A DNA stretch of 64,000 nt, taken from NCBI GenBank assembly GCA_050258655.1, contig JBLMZF010000106.1, positions 2,669 through 66,668 on the forward strand, written 5' to 3'. The translations under genes were made by a program, and so were the position numbers. The DNA is from Deltaproteobacteria bacterium (GTDB lineage: Bacteria > Omnitrophota > Gorgyraeia > Gygaellales > Profunditerraquicolaceae). Under the pieces are notes generated by a model. It was given only the letters and a program-made list of their open reading frames with translations, was not told the origin of the DNA and ran no database searches. Shown piece by piece: positions 30,711 through 38,501 of this stretch; the first letter of the stretch is position 1; the number at the start of each line of letters is the position of its first letter.

Positions 30711-31334
30711 TTATTCAGCAGGAGCGGGGAGAGGAACGACTTCTATCTTTATCCTGGTCGGAAAAGTGGTCTTGCCGTCCTTGATCATGTACCCGCCGTT
30801 GCCCAGCACGAGGTGTTCCTGCTCGAGCCGCTGGGTGATCTCATGGCGCGCGCCTCCCAGCTTGCGTTTGAGGTCGTGGATCGCCTTTTTGAGCTCGATC
30901 AGCGAACTGAGCCTGGCCGCGAGAAGCTCTTTCTCCTTCACGGCGGCGTCCGTCTGGCCGCGGAGCTCCCCTGCCTGACGGACCAGCGCGGCGTTCTCCG
31001 CCTTCGCCAGCGAGATCTGGTTGTTCAGGTCCTCGACCGTGGTCTGGGCGGCCTGCAGGTCGGCTTTGAGCTTGAGAAGATCCTCCTGGCTTACCTTCAG
31101 CTGCTGCTGGAGACCGGCATTCTCTTCAGTAAGCGCTTTTTCCTTTATCCGGCTGCTCTCAAGGTCATGGCTCAGAGCGGCTTTCTCGCCTCTAAGCGCA
31201 GTCACCTGTTCATCGGCCAGCTTGACCTGCCCCTGCAGGTCGAATTTCTCCTGCAAGGAGGAAAAGTACTTGTAGCCGCTGAAAATAGTGATGCCGGACA
31301 AAAGCGCTATAAATGCCGGTTTTAGTGCTTTCAT
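30711..31334 (-). CDS. membrane-anchored coiled-coil protein, unknown function
   Basis: N-terminal TM (FIALLSGITIFSGY) followed by about 150 aa of heptad-rich, Q/L/K/E-rich sequence. Confidence 0.5.
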   Translation of the reverse strand: MKALKPAFIALLSGITIFSGYKYFSSLQEKFDLQGQVKLADEQVTALRGEKAALSHDLESSRIKEKALTEENAGLQQQLKVSQEDLLKLKADLQAAQTTVEDLNNQISLAKAENAALVRQAGELRGQTDAAVKEKELLAARLSSLIELKKAIHDLKRKLGGARHEITQRLEQEHLVLGNGGYMIKDGKTTFPTRIKIEVVPLPAPAE

Positions 31335-31486
31335 ATGGATTCCTTTCCTGCATAATTATAGCGATGCGAGTAATAAAAAGCAAGATTTTTCCAAAAAAGC
31401 GTTAGATTCGAATTTCCCGCCTGTCTATTATAGGTAAGGAACGGTTTGCACACGTGTGCATGTTCCGAACGGCAAAAGGAGCTCTT

Positions 31487-33010
31487 ATGCTTGCGAAAAC
31501 ACTTGGGGCTGGCCTGGCCGGCATCGAAGCCTGTCCAGTAGAGATCGAAGTCGATGTGACAAAAGGACTTCCGGCGTTTAACATCGCCGGGCTGGTGGAT
31601 ACCGCGGTAAAAGAAAGCCGCGTGCGGGTCAAGACCGCGATAAAGAACTCGGGTTACAAATGGCCGAACGAACGCATAACCGTGAACCTGGCGCCCAGCA
31701 GTATAAAGAAAGAAGGGGCCGGATTCGACCTGGCCATCGCTCTCGCGCTGCTTGCGGCAAGCGAGCAACTGGGTCAGGAACACCTGCGCCGGTTCTGCAT
31801 CCTGGGGGAGCTTTCCCTCGACGGTATGGTCCGGCCGGTGCGCGGTATCCTGCCTGTCTGTCTGGGGATGAAGCGGCGCCGGGTGGAAGCCATCATCGTG
31901 GCCGAACAGAACGCCGGGGAAGCGGCGATGGTGGAAGGCATCAGGGTCTTCCCTGTCCGGTCGCTCGCCCAGGCCGTGCAACTGGTCAGCGAGCCGGGAC
32001 TCGTCGCGCCTTATGTCATCGATCGGGAAACTGTTTTCAATGGGGAACCGGATTACGCGATAGACTTCTCGGAAGTGAGCGGGCAGCACTCAGCGAAGCG
32101 CGCGGTCGAAGTAGCCGCCGCGGGCAACCATAATCTGCTTCTGATCGGACCGCCGGGAAGCGGCAAGACCATGCTTGCCCGGCGCATCCCCACGATCCTC
32201 CCTTCCCTGAATGTTGAAGAAGCTTTGGAGACCACCAAGATCCATTCGGCGGCGGGACTGCTCAGGCAAAAAGAAGCGGTCATAACCCGGCACCCCTTCC
32301 GTTCGCCGCACCACACGATATCATACTCCTCCCTCATCGGAGGCGGCCCCTCCCCGCAGCCGGGAGAGATAAGCCTGGCGCACAACGGAGTCCTTTTCCT
32401 CGACGAGCTGCCGGAATTCCACAGGGACGCGCTGGAAGCACTCCGCCAGCCGCTGGAAGAAGGATCCATCCGCATCACCCGTTCGCACCGGTCGCATCTT
32501 TTCCCCGCCTCGTTCATGCTTGTCTGTTCGATGAACCCCTGCCCCTGCGGTTTTCTGGGGGACGCGCGCAGGGCGTGCCGCTGCAACCAGGGAAAGATCG
32601 CCGCTTACATGGGCAAGGTCTCGGGCCCGCTGCTCGACCGCATCGACATCCACGTCGAGCTTCCCGCAGTCCCTTATAAGGAACTGGCGGACCCGCAGGG
32701 AGCCGAGCCCTCCGCGATGATACGGCAACGGGTGGCGCAGGCCAGGGCCGTGCAGAAGGAGCGGTTCAGGGAGAAAGGGATAAGCTGCAACGCGGCGATG
32801 ACGCGCCGGATGATCAGGGAGTTCTGCCGGCCGGACGAGGAAGGGCAGAAACTGCTGAAGATGGCGGTGACCGAACTGGGACTGTCGGCGAGGGCGTACG
32901 ACAAGGTCCTCAAGATCTCGCGCACTGTCGCCGACCTGGCAGGGACGCAGGAGATCAGGCCCGACCATATCGCCGAGGCCGTCCAGTACCGCAGCCTGGA
33001 CAAGACGTGA
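31487..33010 (+). CDS. comM: Mg-chelatase-like AAA+ ATPase YifB/ComM
   Basis: MLAKTLGAGLAGIEACPVEIEVDV… Lon-protease-like N-domain. AAA+ Walker A (LLIGPPGSGKTMLARR). Walker B (GVLFLDELPEF). C-terminal Mg-chelatase domain. SD aaaggag 6 nt upstream of ATG 31487. Confidence 0.9.
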   Translation: MLAKTLGAGLAGIEACPVEIEVDVTKGLPAFNIAGLVDTAVKESRVRVKTAIKNSGYKWPNERITVNLAPSSIKKEGAGFDLAIALALLAASEQLGQEHLRRFCILGELSLDGMVRPVRGILPVCLGMKRRRVEAIIVAEQNAGEAAMVEGIRVFPVRSLAQAVQLVSEPGLVAPYVIDRETVFNGEPDYAIDFSEVSGQHSAKRAVEVAAAGNHNLLLIGPPGSGKTMLARRIPTILPSLNVEEALETTKIHSAAGLLRQKEAVITRHPFRSPHHTISYSSLIGGGPSPQPGEISLAHNGVLFLDELPEFHRDALEALRQPLEEGSIRITRSHRSHLFPASFMLVCSMNPCPCGFLGDARRACRCNQGKIAAYMGKVSGPLLDRIDIHVELPAVPYKELADPQGAEPSAMIRQRVAQARAVQKERFREKGISCNAAMTRRMIREFCRPDEEGQKLLKMAVTELGLSARAYDKVLKISRTVADLAGTQEIRPDHIAEAVQYRSLDKT

Positions 33011-33019
33011 GAGAGGTTG

Positions 33020-34690
33020 TCAGGTGGACGGGGAGACCTTGATGACATGCTGCTCGCCGACCACGCAGAGCTGCTCGACCCTGAAATCCGTCCCGGCTAT
33101 TTCCTTCATCTGACGGGCGCCGGAAGACCGGAGGACGCAGTAAGTGATTCCCTGGCGGACAAGGAAGGCCCTGACCGCCGGGGGATCGGCGGGCGAAAGG
33201 TAGGTGACGGGATGCGGGCTGAAAAATGTGCCGGTGTCGAAGAACGCCGTATCGAGGCCGCTGAAATAGCTCACTCCCCTGACAAAAGGTTTCGAGCAAA
33301 GGACTGTTCCGCGCGCGCCGTTGGCGTTGAGGCATTTCCCTGCCTCCCTGCTCGAGGCAAGCCTGTCGACATCCCTCGATGCGAAAGGCAGGGCAAGGAT
33401 GATGATCAGGTTGAAACCGGCCAGCGCGTAAGCCGCCTTGGAGAGCTTGTCCCTCCTGATAAAGGAGAAGAATATCCATGCGAACACACCCGTGGCCAGT
33501 ATCAGGATATACGCGGGCGTGGCCGAAGACAGATATCCCGAGAAGACGGTAATGCCCGCCACCAGGACGACCGGGATGACCGCGCAGACGGCCAGGGTGA
33601 TCAGGAAACAGTTTTTAAGCAACCGGGAAGAAGCGTTTCCGGAGATAAAGTCCGCGGTTACGACCGCCAGCGCGGGAAAAAGCGGCAGGATATACGTCGT
33701 CAGCTTGGAATGCGCGAACTGGAAAGCCGCCAGAACGGTGATGATCCAGCAGGCGCAGAAGAGCGTGAACGGTTTCGCTTCCCCGATCCTTTTGAACAGA
33801 CGGCCGAGCGCGGCCGCGGTGAAAGCGCTCCAGGGGAACATGCAGCCGATCATGGTCAGAGGATAAAAATACCATCTGTCATTCGACCTGTGCTCGGCGT
33901 AGATCAGACGGCGGTAATGGTCATTGTAGAAGAATTCGCGGATAAAGGCGTCGCCGTGACGGCCGATGATGAAGGCGTACCAGGGGACGCTGATCGCGGC
34001 GCAGAGGGCCAGCCCGGCCGCGAATACGGGATCGAGCAGGAACCCGGGCATCCTCATCAGGAGGACGAAAGCGAGCGCGGCCGCGAACGGTATCGCGGCG
34101 CCCAACGGTCCTTTTGTCAGGACGGCAAGCCCGGAAAAGACGAAGAAAAGCAGGATCCCGGGCCTTTTGCGTTCAGGACAGGCATAGGCCCAGTAGAACG
34201 CTGTCAGGGAAAGCGCGATGAATACCGTGAAGAACATGTCGGTGAAGACCGTCCTGGCCAGCGCCATGTAGAAGATCGCGGACATGCAGACAAGGGCCGA
34301 GAGGAAAGCTTTCCGTTCATCCCTGAATCCCAGCAGTCCCAGGAAATATACGCCCAGAACACCCGCCGTCGCGAACAGCGCGCAGAAGAAACGCGCCCCG
34401 AACGCGTTGACGCCGAAAAGGAGATACCCGATCCGGATCAGCCAGTACGTCAGAATAGGCTTTTCGAACTGCGGCTGGCCGAACATGTACGGCGTCATCC
34501 AGCTGTTGCCCGCCGCCATCTCTTTCGCCGTCTGGGCGTAAAAGACCTCATCGGGATTGGTCAGGTCGAAACTCCCCAGCGAGATGAAGAAGAAAAGTCC
34601 CGCAAGCGCGAGCAGGGTCATGATCCGGGATGTTGTCCTGTTGTCTCTCATTTTTTCTCCCCTTCCAGCAGCTGCGATATAGTCACGCAT
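33020..34690 (-). CDS. ArnT/PMT-family GT-C glycosyltransferase (GT39/GT83-like, undecaprenyl-phosphate sugar transferase type)
   Basis: 556 aa polytopic. First periplasmic loop carries the DE motif (NPDEVFYAQTAKEM) characteristic of ArnT/PMT_2. The exact start is uncertain. The annotated start overlaps the upstream deacetylase gene by about 40 nt. Confidence 0.75.
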   Translation of the reverse strand: MRDYIAAAGRGEKMRDNRTTSRIMTLLALAGLFFFISLGSFDLTNPDEVFYAQTAKEMAAGNSWMTPYMFGQPQFEKPILTYWLIRIGYLLFGVNAFGARFFCALFATAGVLGVYFLGLLGFRDERKAFLSALVCMSAIFYMALARTVFTDMFFTVFIALSLTAFYWAYACPERKRPGILLFFVFSGLAVLTKGPLGAAIPFAAALAFVLLMRMPGFLLDPVFAAGLALCAAISVPWYAFIIGRHGDAFIREFFYNDHYRRLIYAEHRSNDRWYFYPLTMIGCMFPWSAFTAAALGRLFKRIGEAKPFTLFCACWIITVLAAFQFAHSKLTTYILPLFPALAVVTADFISGNASSRLLKNCFLITLAVCAVIPVVLVAGITVFSGYLSSATPAYILILATGVFAWIFFSFIRRDKLSKAAYALAGFNLIIILALPFASRDVDRLASSREAGKCLNANGARGTVLCSKPFVRGVSYFSGLDTAFFDTGTFFSPHPVTYLSPADPPAVRAFLVRQGITYCVLRSSGARQMKEIAGTDFRVEQLCVVGEQHVIKVSPST

Positions 34691-35388
34691 TCGTATCCCT
34701 GCGCCTTGAGCTGTTCGACCAGCCTCGGGATGGTCTTCACCGTCTCGCTGCGGTCCCCGCCTTCCGCGGAGAACACTCCTCCGCTGTCATGGAACAGGAT
34801 GATATCTCCCGGTCTGACACGGTCCAGGATGTACTTAATGATGAACCGGTCGTCAAAAGTGACCCAATCCTTGGAACTGAGGTCCCAGAGAACGACGGAA
34901 TAACCCATGTCGCGTATCTTTTCTTTCTCGTTCTTGGAAAGCCAGGCCTTGGGAGGCCGGAAGTACTTCGGCTTCTCCCCCGCCGCAGCGACTATCGACC
35001 TCTCCGCGCGGCTTATCTCGTCTTCAAGCTGGTCGGCCGGCCGCCAGAGCATCATCGCGTGGCTATAGCTGTGGTTGCCGATCTCGTGGCCCTCCGCGGC
35101 GACCCGCCGCGCTATATCCGGATACCGCTCCACGTGCCTTCCGATCATGAAGAATGTCGCCTTCACGCCCGCCTTCTTAAGCTCATCAAGGATCAGGGGC
35201 GTCCAAACGGGCGAGGGACCGTCATCGAAAGTAAGCGCGACCATCTTACGGCTGCCGGTACCGCGGTATATAGTTCCCTTGCGGACCAGGACAGCCTGGT
35301 CGAAAAAGACGGTGACGGCGACGAAAATAACAGCCGCGCAGAGAATACCTGTCAAAACGGATAAAAGAGGATAGAAATACTTTTTCAT
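34648..35388 (-). CDS. polysaccharide deacetylase family protein (NodB homology; ArnD-like)
   Basis: TM anchor then NodB motifs: TFDDGP (motif 1), HSYSH (motif 2), and a later His/Asp block (…ILFHD…). Start taken at MKKYF (35388). Confidence 0.8.
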   Translation of the reverse strand: MKKYFYPLLSVLTGILCAAVIFVAVTVFFDQAVLVRKGTIYRGTGSRKMVALTFDDGPSPVWTPLILDELKKAGVKATFFMIGRHVERYPDIARRVAAEGHEIGNHSYSHAMMLWRPADQLEDEISRAERSIVAAAGEKPKYFRPPKAWLSKNEKEKIRDMGYSVVLWDLSSKDWVTFDDRFIIKYILDRVRPGDIILFHDSGGVFSAEGGDRSETVKTIPRLVEQLKAQGYECVTISQLLEGEKK

Positions 35389-35556
35389 TCTGGCTTTCAA
35401 AAGGATCGCCTTTAGGGGGGTAGAGACCATTATAGCAAAAAACCCGGGAAATAAATAGGGACAGAAACTATTTGTCAACGCGTTGTTGAAAAACGGTTTC
35501 TGTCCCTATTTTTTGCCCTGTTTGTTTACCTGTGGTTCCCGGGTGAATCCCGAAAC

Positions 35557-36030
35557 CTATGCAGTCTTTTTCCGCCTGAAGCCAGCCATACCGAGGAGAC
35601 CGCTGCCCAGCAGCAGAAGTGTCGCGGGTTCGGGTATGGGACTGCTGATATCATTGAAGATCCAGTGCGGGTCAGTCCTCGGTCCGATGTCGGATGTCGT
35701 GAATATGAGCTGCTGGTCAGTGAACCAGAGGGACTCGGGCACATCCGTCGAGTATGTCTTCCAGTCCGGATACGTGCCGCCTGTCTCAGTCACCGTGCCG
35801 ATAAGCACCCCGTTCGCGGTCCTGACTGTCAGCATATCGCCGGCAGAGCCCGCGGGCGGATCCATCGCGTTGATCTCCTGGTAATTGAAATTCAGCGTTT
35901 TGCCGAGCTCCATGGACTTGGTGAAATCCTGCCGGGATGTCGTCCAGCCTTCCCAGGGAAGGGCCCAGGCTGCTTCCGTGCTCAGGACGACCGCCGTCGC
36001 GAGCAGAAGCAGTGAAACGAGTTTTTTCAT
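35557..36030 (-). CDS. PEP-CTERM sorting-signal secreted protein
   Basis: Signal peptide MKKLVSLLLLATAVVLSTEAAWA. C-terminus IPEPATLLLLGSGLLGMAGFRRKKTA is a PEP motif plus TM plus basic tail, the exosortase recognition tag. Confidence 0.75.
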   Translation of the reverse strand: MKKLVSLLLLATAVVLSTEAAWALPWEGWTTSRQDFTKSMELGKTLNFNYQEINAMDPPAGSAGDMLTVRTANGVLIGTVTETGGTYPDWKTYSTDVPESLWFTDQQLIFTTSDIGPRTDPHWIFNDISSPIPEPATLLLLGSGLLGMAGFRRKKTA

Positions 36031-36169
36031 TGCCCACCTCCTTTCATTTCATTAAAACAACTCTCCCGTTTATGTAAAAGCATTATCCGTACCAAAACAC
36101 GCTGAAGCGGCAGATGCGCCGCCGGAGGGCTGGGGAGACTCCGCTTGTCCTTATTTGTAATCATGATGT

Positions 36170-36206
36170 TGAAAAAAGAAGAGCGGCGGGATACCGCCGC
36201 TCTTAC
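36170..36206 (-). terminator. rho-independent terminator downstream of the DUF1328 gene
   Basis: Minus-strand stem agagcggcgg / ccgccgctct with a 5-nt loop, followed by cttcttttttc. Confidence 0.6.
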
Positions 36207-36229
36207 CGTTGGAAAAAGACGATGGGTCT

Positions 36230-36397
36230 TTAGATCTGCCGCGGCCTCCTGCCCATGATCAGGCTGACGATGAAAAGTATGAGGAAGATGAAGAACAGGA
36301 CTTTCGCGATGTCCATCGAGGTGCCCGCTATGTTCGTGAAGCCGAACAGGGCCGCGACGATAGAAACGATCAGGAAAATAATTGACCAGGTAAGCAT
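36230..36397 (-). CDS. small membrane protein, UPF0391/DUF1328 family
   Basis: 55 aa, [55 protein letters not shown]. Two-TM hairpin with the family-typical LFGFxxIAG…AKxLFF pattern. It is below the 60-aa cutoff of the ORF track. Confidence 0.65.
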   Translation of the reverse strand: MLTWSIIFLIVSIVAALFGFTNIAGTSMDIAKVLFFIFLILFIVSLIMGRRPRQI

Positions 36398-36467
36398 ACA
36401 CGCTCCTTTCTTTATAAAAGTTTTGCTTTTCCCTCTTTATTTACTATACTCTCGAAGGGCAGCTCCC

Positions 36468-38501
36468 TCAATCGGCCGGCGCCCCTTTGTACTGATCTTT
36501 TTCCGCCGCTCTGCCGTCACTCTTCGACAGGCAGCGCAGGAGCTCCGCGACGCTCCACGCCTGCGCGACGCAGCCGCGCGCCGCGAACGGAGTCTCCGCG
36601 TCGAAGATCTCGCTGATCGACCCGATGCAGCCGTCGTCCAGGTGCGAAGAGAACCCCCGCAGGAACCGGGCGCCGTCCGAATCGCCGTGCACCTTGCGCC
36701 AGGCGTCGAAAAAAGGACCGATGAGCCAGGCCCATACCGTGCCTTCGTGGTATGCGGCATCGCGGGAACGGATATCGCCGTAATACTTCGGCTTGAAGTC
36801 GGCGGATTCCCTGGAAAGCGAGCGCAGCCCTACCGGTGTCAGCAGCCTTTGTTCCGCTTTTTCCAGCACGCTTTCCCACCGCTCTCTGTCCAGGACCGGA
36901 TGCGTGAGGCTGATCGCCAGGAGCTGGTTGGGCCGGAAGGAAGTGTCATCACCCCATTCTCCGTCGACGATGTCGTACAGGTACCCTCCCTTTTCGTACC
37001 AGAACCTCCGGTTGAACGCTTCGCGGCACCGTTCGGCCTGCTCTTTCAGAGAGTGCGCCGCATCCCTGCCGCGCTCCTCCTCGACCCAGCCTGAGAGAAG
37101 GCGCAGCGCGTTGTACCAGAGGGCGTTTATCTCAACGGCCTTGCCCCTCCTCGGCGTCACGACCCACTCGCCCACCTTCGCGTCCATCCATGTCAGCGCC
37201 ACCCCCCGGTCCCCCTGCCGCACGAGACCGTCGTGCGGGTCCACTCCGATGTTGAAAAGGGTACCCTGCGTGTAATTTTCGACGATATCGAGCAGGCGGG
37301 GAAGCATGAACCGCAGCAGACCACGCTCCCCTGTGTAGGCCAGGTAACGCTCTATCGCGTGGAAGAACCAGAGCGTCGCGTCGGCGGTGTTGTAGACAGC
37401 CTGGGCGTTGCCTTCCGGGAAACGATTGGGGATCAGACCGTTGTTGATGTGATGCGCGAAGGTGCGCAGGATCCAGGCCGCCTCGGCGTGGCGGCCCGTC
37501 ACCAGTGCCAGCCCTTCGAGGCTGATCATCGTGTCGCGTCCCCAGTCGGTGAACCAGTGGTAACCCGCGATGACCGTGCGCACCTCTCCGCCATATGCGT
37601 TCGCGCGCGCCAGGTCCTGCGTCCGTCCGGCGGGCGTCACGATGAACTGGTCCGCCGCCAGGACAAGCTGGCGCAGGGGACCGTCAGGAGGAGCTTCAGC
37701 TATCGACAGCAGGACCTGCCTCCGCTCGTTCTCGGCGGACAGCGCATCCTGCGGTTTGAGCGACAGGAGGAGTTCCCATTCTTCTGTCGAAGCGGCGAAG
37801 GCGGCCGGCGTATCCGGCGAAAGGCTGGCCGAGAAATAACCGGGGCTCCAGAGACCGCCCCGCGAGGTGTAGCCGAGGGTCTCTTCGGTCCTGTAGAGCA
37901 GCTCGTCGACGATAAGCCTTTTGCAGACGAAAGCCCGGTCACGGCCGTACAGGAGCATCCTGAGCCGGGGAAGATAGGCGCGCTCCGAGACTTCGTACCT
38001 GTCCTCTGTCACGGTCAGCAGATAATCCTTGCGCAGGGGCGTGTCGACAGGCTCCTCGTGCCGCCGGAAATTGATCGCCGGCCTCAGCCGCAGTTCCACC
38101 GGTACTTCCCCTGCGACCATCCGGTAAAGCACGAAGACCGTGTTCTGTTTGTACGGGCAGAAGACGCGCTTCTCGATCACCGCCCGCCCCGTCTCATAGC
38201 GCCAGACGGGAAGCCCAAGCTCAAGACGGAAATCGCTGCACCGGCAGCAGTCCTTCTGCGGCCCGCAATCCGAGCGTTCCTCGCCGCCGAGCGACAGGCA
38301 CGCCCCGCCGGTGACCGCTTCTTCATACAGGTGATTGAGCATCACCCTGCGGCCCTGCGCGGGAAGATCGGCGATCAGCAGCCCGTGATAGCGCCTGGTG
38401 ATCACTCCGGCAACAGTACCCGAGGCATATCCCCCGAGCCCGTTGGTCACCAGCCACTCCTTCGTCAGCAGAGCTTCCTGTGAGCAGTCGAGGATACCCA
38501 T
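36468..38501 (-). CDS. amylo-alpha-1,6-glucosidase / glycogen debranching enzyme (GDE_N plus GDE_C six-hairpin glycosidase)
   Basis: 677 aa. N-terminal WLVTNGLGGYASGTVAGVITRRYHGLL is typical of the archaeal/bacterial GDE N-domain. C-terminal (alpha/alpha)6 region with …HWFTDWGRDTMISL…. Confidence 0.85.
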   Translation of the reverse strand: MGILDCSQEALLTKEWLVTNGLGGYASGTVAGVITRRYHGLLIADLPAQGRRVMLNHLYEEAVTGGACLSLGGEERSDCGPQKDCCRCSDFRLELGLPVWRYETGRAVIEKRVFCPYKQNTVFVLYRMVAGEVPVELRLRPAINFRRHEEPVDTPLRKDYLLTVTEDRYEVSERAYLPRLRMLLYGRDRAFVCKRLIVDELLYRTEETLGYTSRGGLWSPGYFSASLSPDTPAAFAASTEEWELLLSLKPQDALSAENERRQVLLSIAEAPPDGPLRQLVLAADQFIVTPAGRTQDLARANAYGGEVRTVIAGYHWFTDWGRDTMISLEGLALVTGRHAEAAWILRTFAHHINNGLIPNRFPEGNAQAVYNTADATLWFFHAIERYLAYTGERGLLRFMLPRLLDIVENYTQGTLFNIGVDPHDGLVRQGDRGVALTWMDAKVGEWVVTPRRGKAVEINALWYNALRLLSGWVEEERGRDAAHSLKEQAERCREAFNRRFWYEKGGYLYDIVDGEWGDDTSFRPNQLLAISLTHPVLDRERWESVLEKAEQRLLTPVGLRSLSRESADFKPKYYGDIRSRDAAYHEGTVWAWLIGPFFDAWRKVHGDSDGARFLRGFSSHLDDGCIGSISEIFDAETPFAARGCVAQAWSVAELLRCLSKSDGRAAEKDQYKGAPAD

